Positions 55,101 through 64,000 of a stretch of DNA of 64,000 bases are shown one piece after another. Both the position numbers and the translations under genes were made by a program. The stretch's first letter is position 1; every line of letters starts with the position of its first letter. This stretch comes from Phoronis australis (Eukaryota > Animalia > Phoronida). Under the pieces are notes generated by a model. It worked only from the letters and a program-made list of their open reading frames with translations. It made no database searches and had not been told where the DNA came from. The stretch is from NCBI GenBank assembly GCA_002633005.1, contig NMRA01000137.1, positions 62,001 to 126,000 of the forward strand. Direction: 5' to 3'.

Positions 55101-58100
55101 CTACCAGTAAAATATTCTTTCAAGATATCCTGGTTTCACAGAGGATATTTTAGAATATAGCTAACAATTTTTACTCGATTTCTTTTTAAGTTCTTTTCTG
55201 TCTGATTTGTAGCCTCTTTGTTTGGCACGAAACGTATCAATAACTGCATGATTTGATAGATATAAATGAATATTCAACGTACATACACAACGCTTAGAAA
55301 CCCATTTGCCTAATATCCACACATTGTGGTAATACTTTTCTTCAATAAGCATGGTTAATATTATCAAGTATTGATAATGGATTATATTGCTCCATTTCTT
55401 ACTTGGAGATTGCAACAACCCCTTGTTTTACAAGCTAACAGGATTTAAAATACTTAATAAACGTAGGCTCCTCTGTTAAAAACAGCTTTTGATTTAGGTC
55501 ATGTAACAGTTACAAATACAGACTCATTCATACTCTAATTATAAATCAAACCCAGGCTCGACAAGAACTGAATGTCCACTTCGCCTTAGGTTGCAGGCTC
55601 ATTCTTCCAGCTGCCAATGCAGTATAGTCATTAGAGAAAAATTCAGCATTTTATTGCAACCAAAATCTATTCAAACAAGACAGTGATGATATTGCTTTGG
55701 AAGTGCGCTTGTGAAGAAGTTTTTCGACTCCAGAACATTACTTGAATAGACAGCACAAATCTTTTGCATTGACTGCACTTACTGGCCTTCCTGAGGAACA
55801 CTTTCTCAGAGACTGCACTACCAAAACCATTGGTGGCCGTACACTGGTAGTCACCCTCATCCAGGTCTTTGGTGTTAAGGATATTGAGTGTGCCTGAGTT
55901 CTTTGTGATGAAGGCACGGTTCTCTTGCTCACCTGGGTTGTAGTCGATACGGTTCTTCTTCCATGTATAACTGTGCAACGCGCAACAGAATCTCATTAGC
56001 AAGAATAATTAAGATATAAAATGTCTAGCGCTCTGGAAAAAAATTATTCAAATAATCAGGTTCAAAGCAATGGGCGACTTTAAGTTGACGAGATGATGAG
56101 AGTGAGACAACTGTCCCACCCGTAGAATGTGTGCATTCAAGGAGTCACATGAGGTCATTCAGCCAACAGATGCCAAAATGCAGACCCATTGCTTTCAACT
56201 CTCAGTCTATTCAGGTGTTTATGATGTTTTTTATTTATTAGCGCCATCCAATAAACAAAGCCTCCCAACGATAAATCAGCTGCCAAAACAGACTGAGCAA
56301 TAGTCAGAAAGCCTATTGATAGATTCATACTCAAGACATGGCAACTAGTACCAAGACTGGTTAGTGAATCATTGCTACTTACGTCGGGGGCGGTTCACCT
56401 TCAGCATGACATGTTAAGACCGCTTTCTCTCCCAGACGGTACGGCAGAATTTGAGGTGGTTGAGCCGTGAATGAAGGTGGCTTTGTGACTGTAATGAAAC
56501 ACCAGTAGAAAATGATTATGGAAACTGCAAACGTTTGTTAACAAGAGAGAGACTTCCTTAAAATATCTGTTGAGTTCAAGTGCCAGGCCATGAAATCATG
56601 GATTATCCCAACTATTTATATTAAGGAAGCGTAGCTCATTTGTAGCCATATCAATCTTCTTAAAACGCAGACCTGTTACTTCCTGTCAAGACATAACATG
56701 GAGGCCACAGACCACAAACACAACTTTCTGCCTGTATTCCATTATATTTAAAAAAAAAATGAATTTTTTTCATTCATTGACTTAGTCAATTGGAATTTGA
56801 CTGAAAATGAACACCAATTGATCACGTAAGTTGTCTTTGATGAGACACATGATGTCTTGTTGAGAACTGCTCAATAAAATACCACCCTACCAAAGAATCG
56901 ACTCAAAGACATTTCTAACTTTCCTGCAACTGATAACAGTGATTTTCCAATTATTTTGTACTTAACCGACAGTCAAAGCTGTCACTTTTAAGTGCCTTAA
57001 AATCCAACTGCCTCGTTGCAACACAGGGCACGAATATTTTGTCGAACTGGCGTCTAGAGGGCAGCAGGTGGCCTTGTCATCCACCAGACACGCAGGCATT
57101 GCCTCGCAGCTGCTGCCCATTCCGACAAAATATTCATGGCCTATATAGTAGTGCAAAAACACGATGCTGTTTTAAAGCCACATTCAGTGCCATACTTTAA
57201 AACCTTTGTTTTTGGACGGAACTCTTTTTTTGTCTTTTTAACTAATTGTGCATTATAAAACCATGGACCAAATGGTTGATTGATTACATCAACAGAAATT
57301 TTCAGTGCTAGGAACTTGATTTATCTTAATTTGAAGCTGCAATTTTACTTGACCAAGCACTGCATGAGACTCTTAGGACACGTTCACATTCATGCCATGC
57401 CACTACTACAGTGTACTTTGACATTATTACCATTGATACAATCACAGAAATTGTGGGATTTTACATTCTCCATTCTGGTGGAGTTTACTACAGAAAAAAC
57501 ACTAAATTACTTCACTATCTCTGATGACAGAGACACACACTATGATGTGCAATGACGGTTGAACCATATTGCCTAGCTGTCTGGAGACACAACGTTAAAA
57601 AACTATTATTATTCACCAGACACCATTGTGTTAAAGAATGATGACCTAAGCAACAACTAATAAATAAATAAAGTAATTTAATTTTCTTAAACCCACAATT
57701 TCCATCATGCAAATGATATTACTGTAATCACATGCACCATGAGCACTTCCATTCCGCAGAAACAAAAAAGCAATGAGCGCAGAAAACAGAAATATGAAAA
57801 GCAGTGCAACTCAGAACAGCATTTGTAAACGACTCATTGAATTGAGCCATGTGATTAAGGGAAAAGTTGAGACTAAGTTAGACGTGAAAAGTACGTGATC
57901 TAAACCAAGTTTGTTTCTTTGAGAGAATACGGGCTCGTAGCAGCAACAGGAAATCAACAAAACGTGATGCCACACGACTGACTGTGTGAGCTGTCAACAG
58001 GAACAAGATGGAAACCGCAATTGGATAAAGCAGGCGTATGATAGATTTCCCAATTCCTGCATCTTGGTAAGACCTGCGTAGCAACAGGCTTCCTTGTTGC

Positions 58101-61100
58101 TCTGCGTGGAACACTATGAATGACTGTCTGACCACAGCTGAAGAGGAACAGAATATGTATATAGCCCCTAGTCCTCAGACAAGAAGAGTTGCACAACACT
58201 CAATACTTACCAATGTTGTCAGCCTCTTCAGCTGAAGCAAATGGAAATAATAAAAACATGCTGTTAGACATCATGCCAAAACAGGAACAAAAAAACTCTC
58301 AAAGAGCAGGTCTTCAATCGCAAATAATATTAAGCCCTGACCATTAGAAATTTTCCTCATTTAACGTTCAAAGTGAAAACTATATCACGCCTCCAACCGA
58401 TTTTCAACTCAATCACCATTGAATGAAAACCTTTCTAAAAACAGCAAAAATTAAATGTAAGTCTATTAAGGGGGAGGTCTTTGTTGGTGACTTAAATTGA
58501 CAAAAACACGTACAAGTATCAAAAAAGCACACGAAGAGCTGAAGTTTGGAAACATGGCTCATGTTTTGGAAACACAATTTTTTACCAGTCCAATGGTTTG
58601 ATCCACTTAATTTTACAAGTTACAATTTTTGACATGCTATAAATCTCAACATGCTCATTTACAGTACTAACAAAAACCTATATTCAAACTCAACTTTCCA
58701 CACAATGAGAGAACAGTTTTACTAGAGTTGAAAACATATCGCACTATTCTGAAATCACGTTAGAGGCCAGAAACGCTCAGAGAACATCAGAAAAGTGGGA
58801 GGTCTATATAATTAAGGTGTACCCCAAATAGCAAAAACTATGATCAATTTGAAGAGAACTTGACTTTCCTGAATCCAGGAACATGCTTTATCATAAGAGG
58901 AAAGGTAAACACATCAGTCTTTGGGAAAAAACATGCTTAAAAAGGCCATTTCATTTGTTTATAGTAAAAATCATAAACACTTGGAATCTAACTGAAAAAA
59001 CATTGATGTCGCTTTCCCATTAGGGAAATTCCAATCCATCGAAAACTCCATCACAACTCCTTTAGCCTATCCTACTGACTAATCTCTGCTAGGGACATCT
59101 GAGTTACAAGGTTCTCTGGATTGAACAACAGGTGGCACAGTTGAGTTTTGTGCGATTGTAGTGTCGCGGCCTCTACAGATTACTCTCATCGGACTAGATT
59201 TTATAACCTTTTTCACAGTGGGAGTTGATTATCGATCCTTTCAAGAGGAGTTGCAATGGCAGTTTGAGTCAGGGAGTTACGCTTTCCAAGCTATTGAAAC
59301 TCCCAAAACAAGGAGTTGTAGCAATGATGGGAAAGCGACTTAAGTTTATGCAGAACGATGCAGTCTAAATACCAGAGCGGTCGTGTGCCAACAGTGAGAT
59401 TACGCACGCATATGCCAAGGTAACAAATGCGTATTTCAGCAGCAAGTCTTTCTTCATTTTGATTTTGCATTTGCCAGGGGAAGAATTTTTTTTCTAGGCT
59501 TCCACTACAGTACTATGCCAATGGCAGAGCTCATAACACTGTCTATATTGAATTAAACTGTCTAAAACTTGTTTTGTCTCATTTTCACAATATACATTTA
59601 TGGGCCCCCGAAAGCAAGCGTACTCTCGTTTAAAATCAAAGCAAGACCACTATCGTTAATATTTGTTTTTGTAGCTTGAACAAGGTGTCTACTCTAAATT
59701 AAGGTAAACAATATTGTTTCCCGCCAGTGCACTAAACACTATGCAATTGCAAGGAGAATTCCGTACTGAGTCAATGGGAAACTTGGAGGACTCACATGCA
59801 GACATTTAGGTTGTTTCATGAAAAGTGACTTTAGACTGAAGTCATAAATTTTTACTTCCGCTCTCAGTGCTCGCACATCACGATTTAGAAAAGGTTTACT
59901 AAAACTTACTTGATCAATAAGCAACGACAGGTATATTCCCAGACACCCTGTAGTGTTGCTGAGGCAAAATAAGATTATTTTTCGGAAATTGCCGTGAGGA
60001 GCATAAGACAAAATTTCATGCTCAAGTCTTCAGACATTTTTCATGACACAAACTCCTGGTTGCATAGTACTCACTATTCAGTTCATCACTCCAACCCATA
60101 ACATTTATGTTGATTACAGAGTCTAGCAAAGAGGCAGGTGAAAAACTTTACTGTCATGATCTTGGCTATGTTATTACTGACCATTACAGAGATCAATAAA
60201 AGTATGACGTGTTTCCAACAGAAAACAGACCTTTTCTCTCAATAAAATTGAAAAAGAAAAGGTTCCAAAATGATGAAAAATTGTGACATAGTTCCAAGAT
60301 CGAAAGCTGAAGCACAAAAGAACACAAAACTGTCGCATTTCATTGGACTTTACATATAAAGCACGCAGTACTGATAGTAACATTTCTGTAAAATTAACTG
60401 TTAGGTGTACTTAGATTCTTTTTGTCGTGAATCAAAGTAATGGAACATGCTGAAAAAAACAAAATAAAATCTGAGCTGAGGGATAACTCACGCTCTGTAC
60501 ATAGCAAAGTTCTTGGTACTTCTCTAATCATGAAAACTGAATTTTATCGAGACCACAGTACACCATAATGGGGTGGCACTTCCACTACTGTACAAGAACT
60601 GAATGATCATGATAACCATACATTTTGGTCATGGCCAAAAGGTTCCCCAGGACCCCTTAAGTTTGCCTAAGTGATCGACCCATGAATACAAATCATAATC
60701 AATCCTGTAAAAATTGGAAAACAGATGGGCCTACTTTGTAGAGCATTGCATTTTGAACGAAATATTGGCAATCATGTAACACCCTCATACGATAGCAAAA
60801 GATTTTACAGAGAGAACTTAAGTGACAGGTTGAAAGCTAACTTGTTTTTATTAAGATATGTACATACACACATCTTGAATATTAATAAAGGTTACTCATG
60901 AACTATGATTTTTTCTTAAACGCACTTCCCGCGAATATTTTAGTTTCTAAACATAAATGCGAGGGCATTAATCCGCACTACTTATAAAACACGTTACTAA
61001 GAGAAATACCTTACTGAACGAGGCTCTGGATGAATATTCAGAGACGGAGATGTCCACACGTGTCATTATGACAATCACAGTGGACGTTTTTAATGATCAG

Positions 61101-62052
61101 ATAACACCACTCAATGGGAGCAAATATTCATAAATTGCGGTGGGACAATTTAGCTGTACATATGATTCAGTACTACATCAGTCCAAGTCGTCATAGTAAC
61201 TTTAGCTATCGTTTCTGGTGATAATTCAGGTTCAACTTAGTTTTGATCTTTCACCATTTCAGCCTTGTGAATCCATTAATACAGGGTTTGAATGCGAAAT
61301 CATGGGAAAAAACTTCTATATACAAACCGACAAAGTGTCATACAATCTCAGTAAGATCCCCGTAGACAGTATCACATTTGCGGCATGTTGTTAGCCAAAG
61401 TTACTTGTTTCTGTCTGTTCCCAGACTGTACGTCAACACGGGCTTGGACATTTGGAAACCGACTTCGGTGTTCCGAGACCCTTACTCAATGCCATCAAGC
61501 AGCAGAATTCAAACAGCCAAGCTATGTGCATTGATACATACCTTGGCTTGATGTCCATCACAAAAATGGTTCAGGTATTCATCGGAACTAAATGACGAAT
61601 TGTGTTGTGTTGCTGGTATATCAGTACTTTATTATTATCTAGTATGATTGCTCAAATAGAATGCATCAATTGTATCCAACTTAGCCGCAGTGCTTCAAGT
61701 TGTCATACATCAAGGAAATGAATTTCCGAATGTCCAACCTAGGACCCAATAAACACGTATTTATTGGGTCCCAGGTACAACCAATCAAAGGGACTGAATG
61801 GTACAGCATCATATTGTTCTGTTAACCAATGAGAACATCTTTTGAAGTTTATCTACTTTTTCGACACCATGCTAAAGTATAATTCGTGCTTCTCAGAGTA
61901 TTCAAGTTTGTCTGCCAGTGGTTTTAGGTAAGGAGATTCCCCCTCATTTTTAAGCGACATTCCAAACTTGTTCATGTCAAAACATCTAGAGCCAGCTTAC
62001 CTGCAAACACTATGGTTAGACAACCCGCCAAAACACACAGATTGGCAAACAT
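15969..62052 (-). CDS. Nrg: L1-family Ig/FN3 cell adhesion molecule (neuroglian/L1CAM/NrCAM-like), complete multi-exon CDS, ~1268 aa
   Basis: 25 exons with GT-AG borders and matching phases: 62001-62052, 58211-58231, 56383-56488, 55783-55970, 54555-54740, 50611-50733 (or 50195-50323), 47479-47590, 47017-47201, 45528-45659, 44996-45139, 41424-41605 (dup 43297-43478), 40815-40905, 39236-39363, 38605-38761, 36648-37015, 33967-34207, 32920-33047, 30988-31243, 29775-29897, 29112-29294, 23673-23798, 22089-22256, 21545-21673, 16819-16888, 15969-16176; sum 3807 nt. Signal peptide, 6 Ig, 5 FN3, TM (WFIALM...RGEKYPV) and the diagnostic [11 protein letters not shown] motif. Confidence 0.95.
16819..16888 (-). 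CDS. Nrg: Cytoplasmic exon ([23 protein letters not shown])
   Basis: Aligns to the L1 ...FGEY segment; TTTTCAG| and |GTAAGT. Confidence 0.88.
20421..20740. mobile_element. Interspersed MITE-like repeat (related fragments at ~23915-24590 and ~32740-32890)
   Basis: Imperfect TIRs containing GATTTAAGACAGA / TCTGTCTCAAGTC; shared internal GAAATTATCTCAGTAAC. Confidence 0.45.
21545..21673 (-). CDS. Nrg: Transmembrane exon ([42 protein letters not shown])
   Basis: L1-family WFI...LIxCFI...GxKY signature. Confidence 0.95.
22089..22256 (-). CDS. Nrg: FN3-5 C-part exon (ATEWQRT...[17 protein letters not shown])
   Basis: L-x-P-G-x-x-Y-E-x-R-V-V-A motif. Confidence 0.93.
22958..23379. repeat. 105-bp tandem repeat x4
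   Basis: Near-identical units; explains the repetitive ORF 22979..23404. Confidence 0.95.
23673..23798 (-). CDS. Nrg: FN3-5 N-part exon (PGKPTMKIV...INVTWTPS...FYIQYRKT)
   Basis: Neuroglian-like FN3-5 pattern; GT-AG borders. Confidence 0.9.
24631..24846. repeat. 65-bp tandem repeat x~3.3
   Basis: AAGTCGTCACTTTTACT... recurs at 24631, 24699, 24764 and 24829. Confidence 0.93.
25731..26247. mobile_element. hAT-like MITE with GCGGAA subterminal repeats
   Basis: CAGTGTTTGGAAT ... ATTCCAAGCCCTG ends; related diverged copy at ~20769-21013; TSD not clean. Confidence 0.5.
27780..28532 (+). repeat. Interspersed repeat carrying CTCF-like motifs (related copy at ~1700-2040); possibly Helentron/HINE-like
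   Basis: ACCGCAAATGGT...TATCATAAAA..GCCA.TAG..GGCG is shared with 1701-1800; ends in a GGGCCC...GGGCCC hairpin followed by TAAT. Confidence 0.45.
29112..29294 (-). CDS. Nrg: FN3-4 C-part exon (TKMTQ...[21 protein letters not shown]...DAPG)
   Basis: FN3 L...Y...A-x-T-x-x-G-x-G motif. Confidence 0.92.
29775..29897 (-). CDS. Nrg: FN3-4 N-part exon (PGPPVEL...[20 protein letters not shown])
   Basis: Canonical W-x-P-P-x-x-P-N-G-x-I-x-G-Y motif. Confidence 0.94.
30988..31243 (-). CDS. Nrg: FN3-3 C-part exon containing RKKR
   Basis: Lies in ORF 30947..31357; L-P-S-Y...N...G-x-P-S motif. Confidence 0.92.
32038..32525. mobile_element. MITE family X copy with a MITE family Y copy nested in its TIR
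   Basis: The TIR CACTCAT-AT-TGACAAGG is split by the 32057-32232 insertion. Confidence 0.7.
32057..32232. mobile_element. MITE family Y (TGACCTAT...ATAGGTCA, AT TSD; ISL2EU/Harbinger-like)
   Basis: Inverted homolog of 14206-14365; an AT duplication is evident by comparison with the uninterrupted family X TIR at 11838. Confidence 0.7.
32920..33047 (-). CDS. Nrg: FN3-3 N-part exon ([10 protein letters not shown]...ATFMWSGV...NGFFMGYR)
   Basis: FN3 W...N-G-x-x-x-G-Y pattern; phases fit both neighbouring exons. Confidence 0.88.
33967..34207 (-). CDS. Nrg: FN3-2 exon ([14 protein letters not shown]...[15 protein letters not shown]...IIGFSGEG)
   Basis: L1 FN3-2 N-G-P...G-x-S-G-E motif. Confidence 0.94.
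34428..36048. mobile_element. Non-autonomous Kolobok-like DNA transposon with degenerate THAP-like and KolX-like remnants
   Basis: Perfect 15-bp TIR AGGAGAATGCCACCC / GGGTGGCATTCTCCT and TTAA TSD. The + strand has a THAP-like FRLPREP..LRK...LRVC segment; the - strand has [13 protein letters not shown]. Confidence 0.8.
36648..37015 (-). CDS. Nrg: FN3-1 and start of FN3-2 exon (EPSPPTDV...[20 protein letters not shown]...PDKNP...LVIAWS)
   Basis: Lies in ORF 36582..37058; typical L1 FN3 motifs. Confidence 0.95.
36870..38151. repeat. ~640-bp tandem duplication split by N at 37514 (includes a partial FN3-1 exon); probable haplotype overlap
   Basis: 36870-37513 vs 37515-38151 differ by a few SNPs and one small indel. 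Confidence 0.85.
38605..38761 (-). CDS. Nrg: Ig6 C-half exon (DINYGS...[26 protein letters not shown])
   Basis: D-x-G-x-Y-T-C-V-A...L-D motif; GT-AG borders. Confidence 0.92.
39236..39363 (-). CDS. Nrg: Ig6 N-half exon (PTRIKVPP...[24 protein letters not shown])
   Basis: L1 Ig6 C-x-A-x-x-D-P...W-x-K-D-G motif. Confidence 0.92.
40815..40905 (-). CDS. Nrg: Ig5 C-half exon ([30 protein letters not shown])
   Basis: D-A-G-x-Y-x-C-x-A-x-N-x-x-G motif; GT-AG borders. Confidence 0.92.
41424..41605 (-). CDS. Nrg: Ig5 N-half exon, copy 2
   Basis: C-x-V-F-G-A-P-K-P motif; TTTCAG| and |GTAAGG. Confidence 0.85.
42347..42813. repeat. 62-bp minisatellite (~7.5 units)
   Basis: Unit CAATAATGACGTTTATAGAAGTTTAATCAAGCTGGTTAAGTTTGTGTATCAGGCTATGTCCA. 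Confidence 0.93.
43297..43478 (-). CDS. Nrg: Ig5 N-half exon, copy 1 (DPPSITKK...[19 protein letters not shown]...DGSLEIQ)
   Basis: Same protein as 41424-41605; lies in an N-split duplication, probably the other haplotype. Confidence 0.8.
44218..44626. repeat. 62-bp minisatellite (~6.5 units) in the duplicate copy
   Basis: Same unit, about one unit shorter than 42347-42813. Confidence 0.93.
44996..45139 (-). CDS. Nrg: Ig4 C-half exon (APPNPRR...[25 protein letters not shown])
   Basis: Conserved L1 Ig4 Q-C-N-A-S-N-x-H-G...A-N-A motif. Confidence 0.93.
45528..45659 (-). CDS. Nrg: Ig4 N-half exon ([43 protein letters not shown])
   Basis: L1 Ig4 P-x-W...W-x-x-N-G-x-P-I pattern. Confidence 0.93.
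45948..46509. mobile_element. TTAA-flanked MITE (Kolobok-like)
   Basis: TTAA|GGTAGG ... CCTACC|TTAA ends. Confidence 0.5.
47017..47201 (-). CDS. Nrg: Ig3 C-half exon (PTPNVKWEW...[12 protein letters not shown]...FNLAVQ)
   Basis: Ig motifs, open frame, |GTAAGT donor. Confidence 0.9.
47479..47590 (-). CDS. Nrg: Ig3 N-half exon ([16 protein letters not shown]...EMQCIFSGY)
   Basis: C-I-F-S-G-x-P-T-P motif runs across the junction; |GTGAGT donor. Confidence 0.88.
50195..50323 (-). CDS. Nrg: Ig2 C-half exon, variant B ([43 protein letters not shown]), putative mutually exclusive alternative
   Basis: Not in the ORF track; found by reading the minus strand. TTGTTTCAG| acceptor, G|GTACTT donor, open frame, phase 1-1, 129 nt; same G-x-L-x-F-x-N-V...D...Y-x-C pattern as variant A. 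Confidence 0.85.
50468..50482 (+). promoter_or_regulatory. CTCF-consensus-like motif CCACCAGAGGGCAGC between the two Ig2 exons
   Basis: Close match to the CCASYAGRKGGCRS consensus; binding not demonstrated. Confidence 0.5.
50611..50733 (-). CDS. Nrg: Ig2 C-half exon, variant A ([41 protein letters not shown])
   Basis: Matches the L1 Ig2 G-x-L-x-F-A-N-V...D...Y-I-C pattern; CATCCAG| and |GTAACC; phase 1-1, 123 nt. Confidence 0.9.
51464..51917. mobile_element. PIF/Harbinger-like MITE, second copy with an internal ~86-bp duplication
   Basis: Colinear with 54049-54438. Confidence 0.6.
51948..53018. repeat. 535-bp tandem duplication split by N at 52483; probable haplotype overlap
   Basis: 51948-52482 vs 52484-53018, about 3 substitutions seen. 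Confidence 0.85.
54049..54438. mobile_element. PIF/Harbinger-like MITE
   Basis: TAA|AGTGCCGTCCGCACA ... TGTGGACGGGACT|TAA with long imperfect TIRs; second copy at 51464-51917. Confidence 0.65.
54555..54740 (-). CDS. Nrg: Ig2 N-half exon (LNPFP...[15 protein letters not shown]...YW...RVVIDLEG)
   Basis: L1-type Ig2 C-x-P-P motif; lies in ORF 54457..54756. Confidence 0.93.
55783..55970 (-). CDS. Nrg: Ig1 C-half exon (YTWKKN...[18 protein letters not shown])
   Basis: Ig C-strand Trp and D-x-G-x-Y-x-C motif; lies in ORF 55667..56002. Confidence 0.93.
56383..56488 (-). CDS. Nrg: Ig1 N-half exon ([34 protein letters not shown])
   Basis: Ig B-strand Cys with C-x-A-x-G-x-P-x-P motif; TTACAG| and |GTAAGT. 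Confidence 0.9.
58211..58231 (-). CDS. Nrg: 21-nt microexon (A)EEADNI between signal peptide and Ig1
   Basis: Pyrimidine tract TTTCCATTTGCTTCAG| and consensus donor |GTAAGT; phase 1-1, frame-preserving. Confidence 0.7.
62001..62052 (-). CDS. Nrg: L1-family gene, first coding exon: signal peptide [17 protein letters not shown]
   Basis: ATG at 62052, hydrophobic 17-mer, phase-1 donor G|GTAAGC. A strong acceptor (TTTTTGTTGCAG) at ~62116 implies a non-coding exon further upstream. Confidence 0.8.
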
Positions 62053-63347
62053 TTCTTATTCGTCTTCTTGCCTGAAGTCCCTTTGTCGTTTTTCTCAGTT
62101 GCAACACATGAATATCTGCAACAAAAATGCTTACATGAATACATGGGTCTAAAACTGGCTAAAATGTTAGCGCTTTTGCTAGCACTTATGCTAGGGGCAA
62201 AAACGCCAGTCAATGTGCACGGTCGCAAGTGTGACTTTTACTGGCCATTCGAGAAACCCCCAAAATTACCCACGTTTTCACAAGAACTTTTGTAGCCAGA
62301 CTGCTTACTTTGAACACAAGTGCACACGAGAGGAACACACAAGCGCACAGGATAGAGAACTTTGTTATATCAAGAGTTAACGTACTTTAACATCAATTTT
62401 TGCTCAAAAAGCAATTTGGCTCATTACAAAACAAGCTAACTGAAGGCGAAAATGATCTCAAGGTAGACAGCACATTTGTTTGTCAAAATCACTAGCATTC
62501 TCTTCTGCTCCTGTGAGTGTAATAAATCAAAGTAAGCAGTGCATGGTTCAAAAAGTGGTATATTTATCTATGGTATATCTAACAAACACAGCGAGGTCAC
62601 TTTACCACTGCTCTCACTCATAATGGAAATAGGAGCTAAAAGAAAGCCAAACAAAGGATTTTTTATGTCTAGCCCCTTCAGCAAGATAACACCTTCAGAG
62701 ACACACTCAGCTTTCTGTGATGAGAATAACAAAAGAAATGCCTAGACAGTCAAGTATTTGTGCATAGACAAAATCGCAAGACTTCCAGGCAGACTATTAA
62801 CTCAATACACTGAAAAACATAAGAAAACAGAATCATGAGTATTTACTTTTGAAGCAATCATGCACATTTAGGATGTTAAATCACTATACAATACCAAAAA
62901 ATCTGAATCTTAAAATTCTAACCCAACCAAACAGCAATCCAACAGAGGGGGTGGTTGGCAAACCACGGCCCTTCTTGAATGGGATTCATTCATTTGAAGA
63001 CGAAAATAGTTCAAAGCCACAAATTTTCTGAATGCCCCAAATTTTTTAAAATATTGTCACATCACATATCAAAAGTAATTACTTTTGTGCTGCATACTTT
63101 TAATGAGAAAATCCAAATTCACTAGTCGGCCATGTTGTATCCTAAAGTAGCGTAGCTGTGTTCAATATGCACATCAAGTCTTCGATATCTTTTTCAAGAA
63201 CACCCTCATTATTCCAATATGAGAGGCAACTGATTTCTGAACATGTAGGCTACACTCATTCCTATCACAAGGGCGATTTGTGTTACAAGAAATGTAACCT
63301 CAGTCTTTCGCAATGGTGGACGTTAGATCCAAAAATTTGTGGACAAG

Positions 63348-63586
63348 CAAAGGCAGATCTACAGGGAGGGGGTTCAGGGGTTCAAACCCCCTCGGGACAA
63401 GATCAAAAATAAAAATTGAAATAAAAAATCGCCAGAAAAAAAACGCAATTAGCTACTAAAAACCACAAAAAACCTTACATGGGAGAAGGGAAACCCTCTC
63501 CCGACCTTCCTTCCCCTCAGCGCTATGCGCCTCGGATTCACTCGAATCCCAAAACCCCCCTTACTGAAAACGTAGATCTGCCACTG
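63348..63586. mobile_element. hAT-like MITE
   Basis: GGCAGATCTAC ... GTAGATCTGCCACTG inverted ends; TSD imperfect. Confidence 0.5.
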
Positions 63587-64000
63587 ACAAGCCATAAAAA
63601 ACTGAAAGTTTCCGGCAGTAACTCGTGCCTCCTGTTTATAGTCTCATGCTTCAAATATTCATCAGCATCATCTTTTTGTTTAATAGGAATCATTCTGTAA
63701 CACTCTTTACACGTGTAAGACTACAAAACCATCTTTCGCTATGCTCAGTTTCTCTGCAAGTCAAGATGGGACGAACAGACAGGGTCGAAATGCAATTTCT
63801 TTCATAAAATGTGAGATACTGGATATTACCGCGTCATAGTCGCCAAGAACTTGTAAAAATGCTGGAAAATTACCTTACTAATCCATAAAAAATAGCAAAG
63901 ATGTCCACCGCTTCAAGGACAAGACATATATTGGGAATGGGGACTGAGTCAATCGATGCCTGCACACTGCACACAGCAGTTTGATGTTCAGTGCAGCAGC

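Noticed and set aside
57878-58137. ORF with a hydrophobic stretch and good acceptor just after the microexon
   Set aside because: No convincing in-phase donor or recognisable domain; cannot be supported without RNA data.
61737-61776. Hairpin with a 12-bp perfect stem (GGACCCAATAAA/TTTATTGGGTCC)
   Set aside because: Too short for a pre-miRNA; probably a collapsed MITE remnant.

Overview
AT-rich, intron-rich eukaryotic (bilaterian invertebrate-like) genomic DNA, not prokaryotic. Most of the window is one complete minus-strand L1-family cell adhesion molecule gene (neuroglian/L1CAM/NrCAM-like). I assembled it by hand as 25 phase-consistent GT-AG coding exons from ATG 62052 to TAA 15969: 3807 nt, 1268 aa, with signal peptide, 6 Ig, 5 FN3, TM, a FIGQY ankyrin motif and a C-terminal STFV PDZ motif. 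The most notable observation is a second, diverged (about 37% identical), same-phase paralogous exon (50195-50323) for the C-terminal half of Ig2, lying 287 nt from the first (50611-50733). This is a candidate Dscam-like mutually exclusive exon pair that swaps the Ig2 homophilic-adhesion surface from acidic to basic, and it is surrounded by YCAY clusters, a stem-loop and a CTCF-like site. The gene also has a 21-nt N-terminal microexon, a furin-type site in FN3-3 and a PPxY motif in the tail. The left end holds the first four coding exons of a second, unidentified minus-strand gene (beta-propeller-like). The rest is MITEs (hAT-, Kolobok-, Harbinger- and ISL2EU-like), minisatellites, and three tandem duplications split by single N bases that look like haplotype-overlap assembly artifacts. 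All coordinates were counted by eye and should be verified.
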